Notes: generated by a model from the letters alone, not told the origin. Shown: positions 25,901 to 36,260, counted from the stretch's first letter. The stretch: 64,000 nt of DNA from an uncultured Clostridia bacterium (GCA_934757855.1 CAKVLR010000003.1:22373-86372); one strand, 5' to 3'. A program made the numbers and translations.

Positions 25901-26145
25901 CATACAATACCGCAAAAGAGATTGCACAAGATAGTCCTAATGTGGAAGTTGAATTGCCTGATGTTAAGGCTATTGAGGAATCTATCCGTATTCAACAAGA
26001 CAAGATTGAACAAATCGAACTAGATATCAAAATTTTGGAAGATGAACGCAACCGCATCAACAGACAGGCAAAACGCGATATTGAAAGTTTCGATAAGCAA
26101 GAAAAACAAAATTCTAAATCAAAAAATATCAAAACTAGGAAATAA
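22918..26145 (+). CDS. type I membrane protein: four tandem CBM-like beta-sandwich modules, TM helix, coiled-coil cytoplasmic tail
   Basis: 1075-aa ORF with an N-terminal signal/anchor. It has about four ~200-aa repeats, each ending in a ...G(Y/N)(V/I/A)(L/Y/F)FDN(I/C)T(M/I) or FADLQVI motif, as in CBM4/9-type modules (ANGDFS...W...). TM IPTIIIAVAVIVAVVGFFI, then ~170 aa of heptad-like Glu/Lys/Gln-rich tail. Confidence 0.75.
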   Translation: MTKKCFSTKTFILTIILVLSFIFMQNAWFFASFIAQKSTFASSDNSSPKSTIDVSDNISNNNFASTTGSSLPASPSSWSVWDSNTHIKPEASGVIDLTPKTYQNNYVENYKLGGFSTQPVQRNGVTEQYVLMINSGNNGSKTVSINYGYKTTSDFTLAPNSFYAISAYVFTSSNAHASVYLTGTEVEKTATNAITGITATGWTQVTIYVATGTEKEINAGLQLFLGEKGTENTSAGYVLFDNITMTRYSGDQFNKVLNSSPKSTFVDMRPSFVTAGNDGYVANGDFSIALNTDWTQQTSKKANSAYIADLSLAQNINDKYVTIGTNQRGNQNGVILSANGGYNAIKSADIEIKQSQLYKISFWAKGEITTGNINFKISGNLPSETVEDETPVSASITTLATDTTALNNYWGLYSFYVEGNPLFDSTVNLYLGLGSESSDATGYIAVTGIKTEKVTTTHKSNSTSNSATLQMFGSNSLSFANASFNYVNIDEVNANYPYTPQNWTKTNSNATGISGVVNIESSRWANAGFSFARPQKTGINDSDNVLMIRNTSKSYQSYKSDSVNLSANGYALITVEVNAQNLTQGSYGYIFIKNSNDVILATVRVSNTSNWQTYKIYLHNYYTAQDLTAELALGTSENLAQGNIYFDNCTIDTSITEEDFTSAKSMSSNVSAIDLVADTLTMSNFDGSPTLFDGNNGSNTDTNYLASGIMDVRSYESYFEGNPTAPSADNNKVMYIGSTENAYYYFASKLTYKFTSGTYYKFTVKVRTVNITPDAEGEYNDEGMPIIHGASIAISGIDKSFTGINTGKESNAGFDDPLNTWTEYTMYINTAEDVNGTIQLGLGNSTMLTAGYAFFADLQVISMTEDEYKSATVGLDENNLPNNILLATNTTTDEDDNTNTYNSIDWFAIPTIIIAVAVIVAVVGFFIKKIYANRPRKTATINNNYDRLQTLMKDVDRRERKTAITHKIKLLHEELEQSKQFLQQESEELERQTHAYNTAKEIAQDSPNVEVELPDVKAIEESIRIQQDKIEQIELDIKILEDERNRINRQAKRDIESFDKQEKQNSKSKNIKTRK

Positions 26146-26178
26146 CCACCACTTATTCCCTATCTATGATTAAAAAAA

Positions 26179-26216
26179 ATAACATATTGAAACTCAAATC
26201 AATATGTTATTTTTTA
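26179..26216. terminator. bidirectional rho-independent terminator (1075-aa gene / uvrA)
   Basis: ATAACATATTGA (26179-26190) pairs with TCAATATGTTAT (26199-26210), with A8 upstream and T5 downstream. Confidence 0.8.
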
Positions 26217-26228
26217 TTTATAATAATT

Positions 26229-29051
26229 TTACTTTTTTAACATTTTAGCCAAAAATCTACCAGTATGGCTAATAGGTGATTTTGCGATTTCCTCTGGTGT
26301 ACCTTTTGCTATTACTTGTCCACCACCGCTACCACCTTCTGGTCCTATGTCCAAAATATAGTCCGCAACTTTTATGACATCAAGATTGTGTTCAATTACT
26401 ATAACAGTATTGCCCGCATCAACAAGCCTATCCATAATTTTGACAAGTTTATCGACATCGTAAATATGCAAACCAGTGGTTGGCTCATCTAAAATATATA
26501 CAGTTTTCCCCGTACTCTTTTTAGATAATTCAGTCGCTAATTTTACGCGTTGCGCCTCACCACCACTCAAAGTAGTTGCCGCCTGCCCCAATTTTATATA
26601 ACCTAGACCAACATCATATAAGGCTTGAATTTTTGACTTGATTTGTGATTGATTTTCAAAGAATGTCAACGCATCTTCAACAGTCATTTCTAGCACATCA
26701 TAAATGCTTTTGCCCTTATATTTTACCTCCAAAGTTTCACGGTTGTATCGCCTACCTTTACAAACTTCACAAGGCACATACACATCAGGCAAAAAGTACA
26801 TTTCAATCTTCTTGATACCGTCACCACAGCAAGCCTCACAACGCCCACCAGACACATTAAAACTAAATCTACCAGGCAAATACCCTCTTTCTTTTGCATC
26901 AGGAGTGGAGGCAAAAAGTTCACGAATTTGTGTAAACACACCTGTATAAGTCGCAGGATTTGACCTAGGAGTACGCCCAATAGGGCTTTGGTCAATAGCA
27001 ATTACTTTGTCCACATTTTGCAAGCCCGAAATACTATCATAGCGCCCCTCAGCCATTGTGCTACCATTGAGTCTATTTGAAAGTGCAGGGTAAAGAATGT
27101 CAGTGATTAAACTACTCTTACCACTACCACTCACACCAGTTACACAGGTAAACACACCTAATGGAAAATCAACATCAATGTTTTTGAGGTTATTCTCGCG
27201 CGCGCCCTTAATCGAAATAAACTCGCCTGTTCCTTTCCTACGAACGGCTGGCACTTCAACTTTCAACTTTCCGCTTAAATATTTACCAGTAATTGAATTT
27301 GGATTGTCCTCAATTTCCTTTAAAGTACCGCAAGCGACCAAAGTTCCGCCTCTCTCACCCGCAAAAGGACCAATATCTACCAAATAATCGGCTTCGCGCA
27401 TTGTGTCCTCATCGTGTTCTACCACAATCAAGGTATTCCCCAAATCGCGCAAGTGCTTTAAAGTTGCTATCAATTTATCATTATCGCGTTGGTGTAAACC
27501 TATACTAGGTTCGTCCAAAATGTAGATTACCCCAGTAAGCCCGCTACCGATTTGGGTCGCAAGCCTAATACGCTGAGATTCACCACCACTCAAACTCCCC
27601 GCACTGCGCGACAAAGTCAAATAGTTTAATCCAACATCACGCAAAAAGTTTAGTCGCGCTTTAATTTCTTTTACAATTTGATTAGCAATTAAATTTTGAG
27701 CCTCTGAAAATTCATTTTTCTCGAAAAATTCATATAACTCATCAATACTTAGGTTACAAAGTTGGGTAATGTTTTTATCAAAAATTGTTACTGCAAGCGC
27801 AACATCTCGCAAGCGTTCGCCGTGACAAACTTTACAAGGCTTGTCGCGCATATATTTTGCAATTTCACCCTTTATATACTCGCTCGTAGATTCACGGTAA
27901 CGGCGTTCCAAATTTGGAATAATTCCTTCAAAGGAACCGCGCGTGTTTCCTGAAAATCTGCGAGTATTCCACTCAATGTCCAATTCTTCACCGCAATTTC
28001 CATAAAACAAAATGTCAGTGACTTCTTTTGGCAATTCGCTAAATGGAATATCAAGGCTAAAATGATATTTGTTGCTCAACGCCTCAAAATAACTTTGCGA
28101 AAATAAACCAGTGTCCAAATTCCAGCCCGATACCTTAATTGCGCCTTCGCGAATAGATTTTGACCTATCTTTTACTATCAAATCAGGGTCAATTTCGCTC
28201 GTAAAGCCTAAGCCGTGACATTCTGGACAAGCACCAAACGGACTGTTAAAACTAAACAAACGCGGAGTAATTTCTTCGATACCTATACCACAATGTTGAC
28301 AAGCAAATTGATTACTAAACACAAATTGTCTCTCAGGAGTCACTATCACTACCAATCCGTTTGCAGTTTTAAGCGCAGTTTCGATACTTTCAGTAAGTCT
28401 TTTTTCTATGTCCTCTTTCATTACTATTCGGTCAACAACAACGGAAATAGAGTGTTTTTTATTTTTGTCAAGAGTAACATCTTCATCTAATGTATAAATA
28501 TTGCCGTCAATATCCACACGCGAAAAGCCGCTCTTGCGAATAACATCTAACACCTTGATGTGTTCGCCTTTTTGACCGCGAATGACTGGCGCAAGCACCA
28601 TAATTTTTTCGCCTAATTGCAATTCTTCTTTCAATTTGTCCACCATTTGGTCAACAGTCTGCTTTGCAACAGGTCTATGACATTTTGGACAATGTGGCAT
28701 ACCTACACGAGCAAACAACAAACGCAAATAGTCGTAAATTTCAGTTACCGTTCCCACTGTCGAGCGCGGATTGTTGCTAGTAGTCTTTTGGTCTATACTA
28801 ATCGCTGGACTTAGCCCTTCGATACTATCAACATCAGGTTTTTGCATTTGCCCCAAAAATTGTCGCGCATAACTTGACAGCGACTCCACATAACGGCGTT
28901 GCCCTTCGGCATAAATGGTGTCAAATGCCAAAGTTGACTTACCGCTACCACTCACGCCCGTAAAAACGACAAGTTTATTGCGCGGAATAGTCAAATCCAC
29001 ATTTTTTAGATTATTTTCTTTCGCACCTTTAATAATTATATTGTCTTGCAT
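26229..29051 (-). CDS. uvrA: excinuclease ABC subunit A
   Basis: 940 aa with two ABC ATPase modules (GVSGSGKS twice, LSGGE signature) and zinc-finger CxxC pairs. Confidence 0.98.
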   Translation of the reverse strand: MQDNIIIKGAKENNLKNVDLTIPRNKLVVFTGVSGSGKSTLAFDTIYAEGQRRYVESLSSYARQFLGQMQKPDVDSIEGLSPAISIDQKTTSNNPRSTVGTVTEIYDYLRLLFARVGMPHCPKCHRPVAKQTVDQMVDKLKEELQLGEKIMVLAPVIRGQKGEHIKVLDVIRKSGFSRVDIDGNIYTLDEDVTLDKNKKHSISVVVDRIVMKEDIEKRLTESIETALKTANGLVVIVTPERQFVFSNQFACQHCGIGIEEITPRLFSFNSPFGACPECHGLGFTSEIDPDLIVKDRSKSIREGAIKVSGWNLDTGLFSQSYFEALSNKYHFSLDIPFSELPKEVTDILFYGNCGEELDIEWNTRRFSGNTRGSFEGIIPNLERRYRESTSEYIKGEIAKYMRDKPCKVCHGERLRDVALAVTIFDKNITQLCNLSIDELYEFFEKNEFSEAQNLIANQIVKEIKARLNFLRDVGLNYLTLSRSAGSLSGGESQRIRLATQIGSGLTGVIYILDEPSIGLHQRDNDKLIATLKHLRDLGNTLIVVEHDEDTMREADYLVDIGPFAGERGGTLVACGTLKEIEDNPNSITGKYLSGKLKVEVPAVRRKGTGEFISIKGARENNLKNIDVDFPLGVFTCVTGVSGSGKSSLITDILYPALSNRLNGSTMAEGRYDSISGLQNVDKVIAIDQSPIGRTPRSNPATYTGVFTQIRELFASTPDAKERGYLPGRFSFNVSGGRCEACCGDGIKKIEMYFLPDVYVPCEVCKGRRYNRETLEVKYKGKSIYDVLEMTVEDALTFFENQSQIKSKIQALYDVGLGYIKLGQAATTLSGGEAQRVKLATELSKKSTGKTVYILDEPTTGLHIYDVDKLVKIMDRLVDAGNTVIVIEHNLDVIKVADYILDIGPEGGSGGGQVIAKGTPEEIAKSPISHTGRFLAKMLKK

Positions 29052-31022
29052 TTATTTCCCTTCTTTTAATAATTTGCGTAAATAATTCAACTGTTCGCGC
29101 AACTCGATTGCTTTTTCAAATTCAAGATTTTTACTTGCAACTTGCATAAGACCTTTTATTCTGTCAATCTCGGCTCGCAAATCTTTATCTTCGACTTTTT
29201 CTTTATTATAATCTATTTTTTTAGTAATTTCAATAGTGTTTTTGATTTCTTTTATAATCGTTTTTGGAGTTATGCCGTGCGCTTTGTTGTAGTCTTGTTG
29301 AATTTTTCTACGATGCTCGGTGACATCAATCGCGCGTTTCATACTATCGGTCATATTGTCCGCGTACATAATAACCTTTGCATCGGCATTTCTTGCCGCA
29401 CGGCCGATAATCTGTATAAGTGAGGTGTCACTACGCAAAAATCCTTCTTTGTCTGCATCAAGTATAGCAACTAATCTAACCTCAGGCAAATCTAACCCCT
29501 CACGCAACAAATTGATACCAACAATAACATCAAAATCACCCGCGCGTAAGCCATTTATTATCTCAATACGCTCCAAAGTGTCTATTTCACTGTGCAAATA
29601 TTTAACTTTTATGCCGTGTTCCATAAAGAATGTAGTCAAGTCCTCAGCCATTCTTTTTGTCAAAGTAGTCACTAGCACCCTACCGCCCACTTCGACAGTC
29701 TTGAATATTTCACCCATTAAGTCATCAATTTGCCCTTTTGTCTTGCGAATTTCGATTTCAGGGTCCACAAGTCCCGTAGGACGAATAATTTGTTCCACCA
29801 CTTGTCCAGCGTTATCTAATTCGTATTTTGCAGGAGTCGCAGAAACGCAAATCATTTGCCCTATGCGCGCATCAAACTCATCAAAAGTAAGTGGTCTATT
29901 GTCATATGCCGATGGCAATCTAAAACCATACTCAACTAAATTTTTCTTTCGCGCAAGGTCACCATTGTACATACCGCGCACCTGAGGCAATGTAATGTGT
30001 GACTCATCAACAAAAGTTACAAAATCATCTGGGAAATAGTCTAATAGCACATAGGGCGCCTCTCCCGCTTTTCTACCATCAAAATACCTAGAATAGTTCT
30101 CAATTCCATTGCAATAGCCCATTTCTTGTATCATTTCCACATCGTGTGCAACGCGTTCTTTAATTCTTTGCGCCTCAATTAGTTTGCCTTGCGCGGTAAA
30201 CTCTTGTTCCGCAATTTCAGCATCAGCCTTAATTTGTTTCAATGCAATATCAAGATTTTCATCACTTACACCAAAGTGAGTTGCTGGAAAAAGCAAAAAA
30301 TGCTCCAAAGTGTTGATTTTTGTGCCAGTTAGCGGGTCAAATTCAAAAATTCGCTCTATTGTGTCGCCAAAAAACTCAATTCTCACGGCTATTTCACTAC
30401 TATAAGATGGGAAAACATCAAGAGTATCGCCTTTTAGTCTAAAACACGAACGCGCAAAATCAACATCGTTTCTCTCATAACGCATAGAAATCAATTTTTG
30501 CACCACTTTGCGCATATCTACTTCTTGATTAACGCGCACACTTAGCCCCATATTGTAGTAAGTTTCAGGGTTGCCCAAACCATAAATACAAGACACCGAA
30601 GCAACTACAATTACATCTCTGCGTTCCAACAGCGAGCAAGTGGCACTATGGCGCAATTTATCAATCTCATCGTTGATTGCCAAATCTTTTTCAATATAAG
30701 TATCACTACTAGGTATGTAGGCTTCTGGCTGATAGTAGTCATAATAAGATACAAAATATTCCACGCGGTTGTGAGGAAAAAACTCTCTAAACTCGTTACA
30801 CAACTGAGCAGCAAGTGTTTTGTTGTGTGCAAGAACTAACGCTGGTCTGTTTAATTTCGCAATCACATTCGCCATAGTAAAAGTCTTACCACTACCAGTC
30901 ACACCTAACAAAACTTGCTCGCGCAAGCCATCGTTTATACCTTCTACCAACTTTTCGATAGCTTCTGGCTGGTCGCCAGTCGGTTGATAATTTGATACCA
31001 ATTCGAACTTTTTTTCTTCCAT
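29052..31022 (-). CDS. uvrB: excinuclease ABC subunit B
   Basis: 656 aa with [10 protein letters not shown], helicase motifs and a C-terminal UVR domain ([11 protein letters not shown]). Confidence 0.98.
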   Translation of the reverse strand: MEEKKFELVSNYQPTGDQPEAIEKLVEGINDGLREQVLLGVTGSGKTFTMANVIAKLNRPALVLAHNKTLAAQLCNEFREFFPHNRVEYFVSYYDYYQPEAYIPSSDTYIEKDLAINDEIDKLRHSATCSLLERRDVIVVASVSCIYGLGNPETYYNMGLSVRVNQEVDMRKVVQKLISMRYERNDVDFARSCFRLKGDTLDVFPSYSSEIAVRIEFFGDTIERIFEFDPLTGTKINTLEHFLLFPATHFGVSDENLDIALKQIKADAEIAEQEFTAQGKLIEAQRIKERVAHDVEMIQEMGYCNGIENYSRYFDGRKAGEAPYVLLDYFPDDFVTFVDESHITLPQVRGMYNGDLARKKNLVEYGFRLPSAYDNRPLTFDEFDARIGQMICVSATPAKYELDNAGQVVEQIIRPTGLVDPEIEIRKTKGQIDDLMGEIFKTVEVGGRVLVTTLTKRMAEDLTTFFMEHGIKVKYLHSEIDTLERIEIINGLRAGDFDVIVGINLLREGLDLPEVRLVAILDADKEGFLRSDTSLIQIIGRAARNADAKVIMYADNMTDSMKRAIDVTEHRRKIQQDYNKAHGITPKTIIKEIKNTIEITKKIDYNKEKVEDKDLRAEIDRIKGLMQVASKNLEFEKAIELREQLNYLRKLLKEGK

Positions 31023-31069
31023 AATTCCCCTATTTTACATAATTTAGTATTTCCAAATGCTATAATAAT

Positions 31070-31098
31070 ATTATACCACAAAATTAGAACATTTGCAA
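31070..31098 (-). promoter_or_regulatory. sigmaA-type promoter of uvrBA
   Basis: On the minus strand: TTGCAA (31098-31093), 17 nt, TATAAT (31075-31070). Confidence 0.5.
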
Positions 31099-31107
31099 TA
31101 TAAAAAT

Positions 31108-31129
31108 AAAGAGAGATTGCTCTCTCTTT
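31108..31129 (-). terminator. terminator of the 1105-aa gene
   Basis: AAAGAGAGA (31108-31116) pairs with TCTCTCTTT (31121-31129). On the minus strand it is followed by ATTTTTAT. Confidence 0.6.
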
Positions 31130-31150
31130 AAATTTAATATTTAACCGAAA

Positions 31151-34100
31151 TTACTTGTTGTCTTTGTCATCTTTTTCTTTTTTGTTTGAAATAGTCACAT
31201 TACCATTTTTGCCTTTGCTAGGTTTCACAAAGAAGAATATTACAACGCCCAATACAATCAAACTTACTACGATTAATATCGTACCCCAAACGGTGGTTGT
31301 GTTTGTAGTAGTAATAGTTTCGTTTGATACGGTAAAGGTTTTTGTAACAGTCAACGCTGAGTTACCCGCTGAGTCCTTAATGTCAAATGTAATTACATAA
31401 GTACCTGCTGTGTTTGCATCAACAGTAACGATACCATTTTCTTTAGATGTTGTCAAAGTAGTGCCATCGCGTTTAACTACGATAGTCAAGTCGTCAGTGC
31501 TTAAAGTTTCGTTGTCATCGATATTGATTTTGCTCAAATCAATGCTAATTTTACCATCAGTTGTAACTTTTGAAGGAGCAGTAATTGCGTTTTCATTAAT
31601 TACAATTTCAGGAGGAGTTACATCACCAATACTCAATACGAATGTACGAGTTGCTTCCAAACCGTGAATGTCTTTTACAGAGTAAACAACATTAACTTTA
31701 CCCTCTTTGCGGTTTTCAGTGCTGTTTGTTGCAAATGGAGGTACAAATTTCAAAGTAGTACCTGCATCTTGTGCTTCCAAGAAGTCAGCGTAAGTAAACT
31801 CAGCAACAGGTTTTGTTTCATCACTGTTTTGGTAAGTTAAAGTAATCTTCATAGTGCTTTTATCAATGTCGGCATTGTCAGTTACATTTTCAAACCAAGG
31901 AAGTTCAATTTCAGTTACATTCTTTTCATATGGCAATGAACCAAATGATTCGTCTTCGATTGTGAAGTTAGGTGCTTTTGAGTCCGATGTTGCAAAACTA
32001 ATTTTTGCAGAACCATTCTTGTCAAAGTCACAAATACCATCAATCTTAGCCCACGCTCTAACCTCAATGTTACCTTCTCCAGTGATAATTTCACCTTCCA
32101 AACGGTCAGATGCAGGAGTCATAAAGTCACCAGTTACTTGAATCAACAATGTGTTGTCAGCCAAAACATCTAATGTGCTTTGAGTAACTTCTTCACTTTC
32201 AGGTTGAATTTTAACTGTAATGGTACTCATATCAACGCTGTTACCATTCTTTGTTAATTGAATGTAGTCAAGCAAGTTAATTGTAGTGCCATATTCTTGT
32301 GCAGAAATAGCGTTTATAGATACATTTGCGCCATCATTAAATGCTACATTGTACAATTCACTAAATGTAGTAGTGTTGTTGTTTTGGTCGGTTGCAACAT
32401 AAGTAACAATGTAGTCGCCTGCTTCAGTTGGTTCGTAAACAATGTTTTCCAAAGTTACATCAAGACCAGTTGCACCATTGAAAGTCTTTACAACTTTACC
32501 ATCTTTAATTACATATGCTACTACACTCATAGTAGTTTCAGTGTCAGTAAAGTGCACAGTAGATAATGCAATTTTACCCTCTACTACTGAACCATCAGAA
32601 GGTGTGCTCATTGTAGGAGCGGTATTATCAGTTGAGTAGTCAGCAATAGCAACTGTTGCTGTAACCTCTTTTACATTACCCAAATCGTTTGTTGCTTTAA
32701 ATGTAACAACAACTTGATTTACATCAGCCCAAGTACCTTCAAACGATGCTGGCTCTACAACCTTTATAGAGTAAGTGCCATCTTCATTTTTAGTAGCAGT
32801 GTATGGAGTTGTGCTACCATTGTAAGTGTAAGTAACATCAACTTTCACATTTTTATCAGCAACTTCGCTAGTACCCTTTTTGTAGTCAGTTACAGTAGGA
32901 GCGCTGAATGTAATAGTATTACCTTTCCTTACAGTCTTTGGCATTGTAGCAGGCGCACTGATAGTCAAATCGTCCTCAGTAACCTCTACATCAGATTCTT
33001 CCACAACAAAAGTGTATGCAGGAAGTTGTTTGCTTGTACCACTAATTACATTACCCTCAGCATCAATATATTGAGCCTCGTATCTAATTGAGTAGTTACC
33101 AGCAGACTTGAATGTGTAAGTTGCTTGTTCGTTTGCAGGAGTATCCAAAGTCTTTTGCAAACTGTTGTTTTTGTAGATACTACGAGTAATCTTTAAATTG
33201 TTGTAATCTCCCCAACCGCCGATTGCGAATACAGCAGGGAAAGTTACATCTTTGTCAGCACTTGTTACTTTATAAACAAGTGAAGGAATGTCGTATTCAA
33301 CAGTTTCCAAATCATCAAAGTTTTCCTTCATTGTAGCAACATTGCTAGTTTCGTAAGGAGCAACAACTTTTAATTGAATACTGTCGCCTGACTTTTTCAC
33401 ACCATTTTTGTTAATTTGAGTGCTGTATGAGTGCTTACCGTTTAGGTCAGTTGTCTTGTAAGTAATGAGGTAGTCGCCATCTTCGCTAGGTGTAAACTTA
33501 AAGTCAGTTACTTTTGTTTCGTTACCAGTTGTCTTGTTCTTTACAGTGATTACTGTGTAAACATCATTCATAACAGCATCATTAGCCTTTGTGTTTACAA
33601 CTGTTGGAGTTGGGAATGTAACTTCTTTACCAACAGACAAAGTCAAGTTTTCAAGGTTACTGCTGTAACCGCTGTATTTCATCTCAACTTCTTGAGCACT
33701 TTTAACTACATTGAATGTAAATTTTTTAAAAATATCGTTACCATTGTAAGTGTACTTGTAAGTAACTGTAAACACACCGTAATCATCAGCTGTTACTGTG
33801 TAGGTAGCGTATTTTACATTGTCGATAGTTTCACTCACCAAAGTGCGTGCTGTTGTACCGCTAGTCAAAGAAATACCACTTTCAACATCGAAAGTTGCGC
33901 CTTCTACCTCGTCATCACCTTGAACAATGCTAGGAATAGGGAAAACAATTTTGTCCCCAGTTACAGCAGTTGTAGGAATGATTTGAGCAGAGTTTTTCGC
34001 AAATTCAAAAGCAACTTCCTTTGTTTCAATAGAAATGTCGATGCTACGAGTAGCAGTAGTCACACCACTATGCTCAATAGAATAAGTTATGTGGTAAACG

Positions 34101-34468
34101 CCTGATTTATTTACTTGAATAAACCACTCGCCATCACTAGACATTTGAGGAGCTATCTTTTTACCAGCAGAAGTTCTCACATCTATACTAGGCGTGCTTA
34201 CTTCAACACCCGCAATAGATTTTGCTTTAGGTGTAGGAATTTGATAACCGCTCTTAGTTCCTTCTGCGGTGTTAAACTCTTGTTCTTGACCGTATTCATA
34301 ACTAGAAGTATAATCGGTCAACTCGATAATATGTCCTTGGCCAGTCCTTACGATACTAGTAGCACCGTACAAACTATTTATAAGCATAGGGCTCATAAAT
34401 CCAAATGACATTGTTACCATAAGCGCAAATGCAAATAATGTAATTTTGCCAAATAATTTCGTTTTCAT
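31151..34468 (-). CDS. large surface protein with tandem Ig-like (DUF5011/HYR-like) repeats and C-terminal TM anchor
   Basis: 1105 aa with a signal peptide (MKTKLFGKITLFAFALMVTMSFG...). Recurrent strand motifs: ITYKTTDLNGK, VTYVATDQNNN, VVYSVKDIHGLEATRTFVLSIGDVTPPEI, ITFDIKDSAGNSALTVTKTFTV. C-terminal TM ILIVVSLIVLGVVIFFFV plus a Lys-rich tail. No LPXTG. Confidence 0.75.
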   Translation of the reverse strand: MKTKLFGKITLFAFALMVTMSFGFMSPMLINSLYGATSIVRTGQGHIIELTDYTSSYEYGQEQEFNTAEGTKSGYQIPTPKAKSIAGVEVSTPSIDVRTSAGKKIAPQMSSDGEWFIQVNKSGVYHITYSIEHSGVTTATRSIDISIETKEVAFEFAKNSAQIIPTTAVTGDKIVFPIPSIVQGDDEVEGATFDVESGISLTSGTTARTLVSETIDNVKYATYTVTADDYGVFTVTYKYTYNGNDIFKKFTFNVVKSAQEVEMKYSGYSSNLENLTLSVGKEVTFPTPTVVNTKANDAVMNDVYTVITVKNKTTGNETKVTDFKFTPSEDGDYLITYKTTDLNGKHSYSTQINKNGVKKSGDSIQLKVVAPYETSNVATMKENFDDLETVEYDIPSLVYKVTSADKDVTFPAVFAIGGWGDYNNLKITRSIYKNNSLQKTLDTPANEQATYTFKSAGNYSIRYEAQYIDAEGNVISGTSKQLPAYTFVVEESDVEVTEDDLTISAPATMPKTVRKGNTITFSAPTVTDYKKGTSEVADKNVKVDVTYTYNGSTTPYTATKNEDGTYSIKVVEPASFEGTWADVNQVVVTFKATNDLGNVKEVTATVAIADYSTDNTAPTMSTPSDGSVVEGKIALSTVHFTDTETTMSVVAYVIKDGKVVKTFNGATGLDVTLENIVYEPTEAGDYIVTYVATDQNNNTTTFSELYNVAFNDGANVSINAISAQEYGTTINLLDYIQLTKNGNSVDMSTITVKIQPESEEVTQSTLDVLADNTLLIQVTGDFMTPASDRLEGEIITGEGNIEVRAWAKIDGICDFDKNGSAKISFATSDSKAPNFTIEDESFGSLPYEKNVTEIELPWFENVTDNADIDKSTMKITLTYQNSDETKPVAEFTYADFLEAQDAGTTLKFVPPFATNSTENRKEGKVNVVYSVKDIHGLEATRTFVLSIGDVTPPEIVINENAITAPSKVTTDGKISIDLSKINIDDNETLSTDDLTIVVKRDGTTLTTSKENGIVTVDANTAGTYVITFDIKDSAGNSALTVTKTFTVSNETITTTNTTTVWGTILIVVSLIVLGVVIFFFVKPSKGKNGNVTISNKKEKDDKDNK

Positions 34469-34500
34469 TTAAGGTCTCCTTGTTATATTGTAACAATACG

Positions 34501-34529
34501 ATTGTATAACATTACCAAAATTTTGTCAA
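34501..34529 (-). promoter_or_regulatory. sigmaA-type promoter of the 1105-aa gene
   Basis: On the minus strand: TTGACA (34529-34524), 17 nt, TACAAT (34506-34501). Confidence 0.55.
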
Positions 34530-34710
34530 CAAATTACGACTACTTTTCGTAAACATTTTAACAAAATATTTGATTTTTTTACATTTCTAGTTTAAGAAAA
34601 CCTAATTCTTTTATTCTGTCAATAAAACACTTATTTTGTCGAAAAAGAAAAACAACCCTACACAAGAGTTGTTTCCCGCCTATTTTTGATAAAATTGACT
34701 TAAAATTTGA

Positions 34711-34932
34711 TTAGTTGCAGTCGTAAGCACCGCATCCACAACTACCATTCTTTTTGAAACAGCAGCAGAAGAATAAGAGCAAAATCAAGATTGTACACCA
34801 GTCTAAGCCACAGTTAAAAATACCGCAATTCATAAGCACATAGAGTATAACCAACCAAGTTAATACATCGCAACTAGAATTTTTACTGCCATTACAACCA
34901 CAGCCCATTCCGCCAAATAATTTGCTAAACAT
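34711..34932 (-). CDS. Cys-rich hydrophobic micro-protein (73 aa, 12 Cys)
   Basis: I place the start at ATG 34932 (GGAGG 8 nt upstream). The track's TTG at 34947 overlaps the RBS. Sequence: MFSKLFGGMGCGCNGSKNSSCDVLTWLVILYVLMNCGIFNCGLDWCTILILLLFFCCCFKKNGSCGCGAYDCN. Confidence 0.65.
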   Translation of the reverse strand: MFSKLFGGMGCGCNGSKNSSCDVLTWLVILYVLMNCGIFNCGLDWCTILILLLFFCCCFKKNGSCGCGAYDCN

Positions 34933-35064
34933 CTTTTGGACCTCCAATTCTATTGTTTTTTAAAAAATTTTTCATTATGTAAATTCTTTCGTATCTAAAT
35001 ACTTTTGTACATCTGCCTTAATTTATCTCTACATAGTCAGTGTATTAAACAAAGTTTATAAATG

Positions 35065-35742
35065 TTACAACTCTTTTGCCATTACTTCGCCTGTACTTGT
35101 GTCAATTACGACCACAATTTCCTGCCCCTCTGTATTAATAAAGCGCACATACCAAAAATATATGCCTAAATTTTTATCAGAACTGATAATTTTGCAACAG
35201 CCTTCAATGCTAGTTTTTCCGTTGTTGGCAAGCAAAATTAGGCTATCTCCCGCCGTTTCAATCGCAATTTCGACCGCTTTTGTGTTGTTTACCTTAAAAT
35301 TGCAAGAAATGCACTCCATTTTGCTAATTTCAGTCACCCCATCAAAGGTAATATAAGCGAAAATGGAGTCACTATCGTTTAAACCAATTTTTAAATCAGT
35401 GGCAAGCGTTTTGTCAAATGGGCTTTGTTCAAATTCACCATTGTATGTTTGAGAATTTACCTCAATCGTATAACCCAAGCCATAAGTACTTACGCCATTA
35501 AGCGGAACTACACTGACAACACAAAAATCAACTAAATTTTCTTTTATTCCGTTTTGCTCATACGGGTCCTCCCTAAGTCCGCTCCACATAGAAATTTTGA
35601 AATTTTGCGTAGAACCAGTAAAATAATGATTATGAATTTCGGAAATGCTGTTTTTTGCGAATTCTTCTGTTGATAAATTACACCCAGCAAACAAAAAAGC
35701 CACACATAATGGAAAAACTGAAAATAAATAACGAAATTTCAT
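35065..35742 (-). CDS. hypothetical lipoprotein with PepSY-like C-terminus
   Basis: Start at ATG 35742 (GAGGTG upstream). Signal MKFRYLFSVFPLCVAFLFAGC with lipobox LFAG/C. The C-terminal ...YFWYVRFINTEGQEIVVVIDTSTGEVMAK resembles a PepSY fold motif. Confidence 0.7.
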   Translation of the reverse strand: MKFRYLFSVFPLCVAFLFAGCNLSTEEFAKNSISEIHNHYFTGSTQNFKISMWSGLREDPYEQNGIKENLVDFCVVSVVPLNGVSTYGLGYTIEVNSQTYNGEFEQSPFDKTLATDLKIGLNDSDSIFAYITFDGVTEISKMECISCNFKVNNTKAVEIAIETAGDSLILLANNGKTSIEGCCKIISSDKNLGIYFWYVRFINTEGQEIVVVIDTSTGEVMAKEL

Positions 35743-35825
35743 CTCGCACCTCAATTATATTTATATTGTATAAAGGTGCGTAATATTAAAAAAAGTTTGA
35801 CAATTTGTCAAACTTTTTAGCCATT

Positions 35826-36248
35826 TTAGTCGATTTGATTTAACCTATCGGCATATTTACCACCTAAAAATGGTGTATTTAAGAAAATCTCTATCATTTT
35901 GCGCACGCATAAAGGCTTGCTATCTCTCCCAGCCAATACCAAGACATTAATATTGTTATGTTGCCTAGCAAGTTTGGTGATTTTGCTATTTTTGCACAGT
36001 CCTGCCCTAATCTTTGGGTTGCGGTTTGCAACAATACTCATACCTATCCCAGACCCGCAAATCAAAATACCACGATTGCTGTCATTTTCAGACACTTTTT
36101 GTGCTAAAAGTTTGCCAAATTTGGGATAATCAACTCTTTCAGTAGAAAATGCGCCTAAATCTTCAAATTCTATGCCTTTTTTTTGTAAAATTTTAATTAC
36201 TTTTTGCTTAAACTTGAATCCTGCGTGGTCATTCGCTAAATATAACAT
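35826..36248 (-). CDS. rpiB: ribose-5-phosphate isomerase B
   Basis: 140 aa with RpiB/LacAB motifs (LICGSGIGMSIVANR, LARQHNNINVL). Confidence 0.9.
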   Translation of the reverse strand: MLYLANDHAGFKFKQKVIKILQKKGIEFEDLGAFSTERVDYPKFGKLLAQKVSENDSNRGILICGSGIGMSIVANRNPKIRAGLCKNSKITKLARQHNNINVLVLAGRDSKPLCVRKMIEIFLNTPFLGGKYADRLNQID

Positions 36249-36260
36249 ATTCGCTCCTCA

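Noticed and set aside
31023-31150. LexA (Cheo) box CGAAC-N4-GTTCG in the uvrB promoter
   Set aside because: Only a half-like AGAACATTTGC is present, with no inverted partner.
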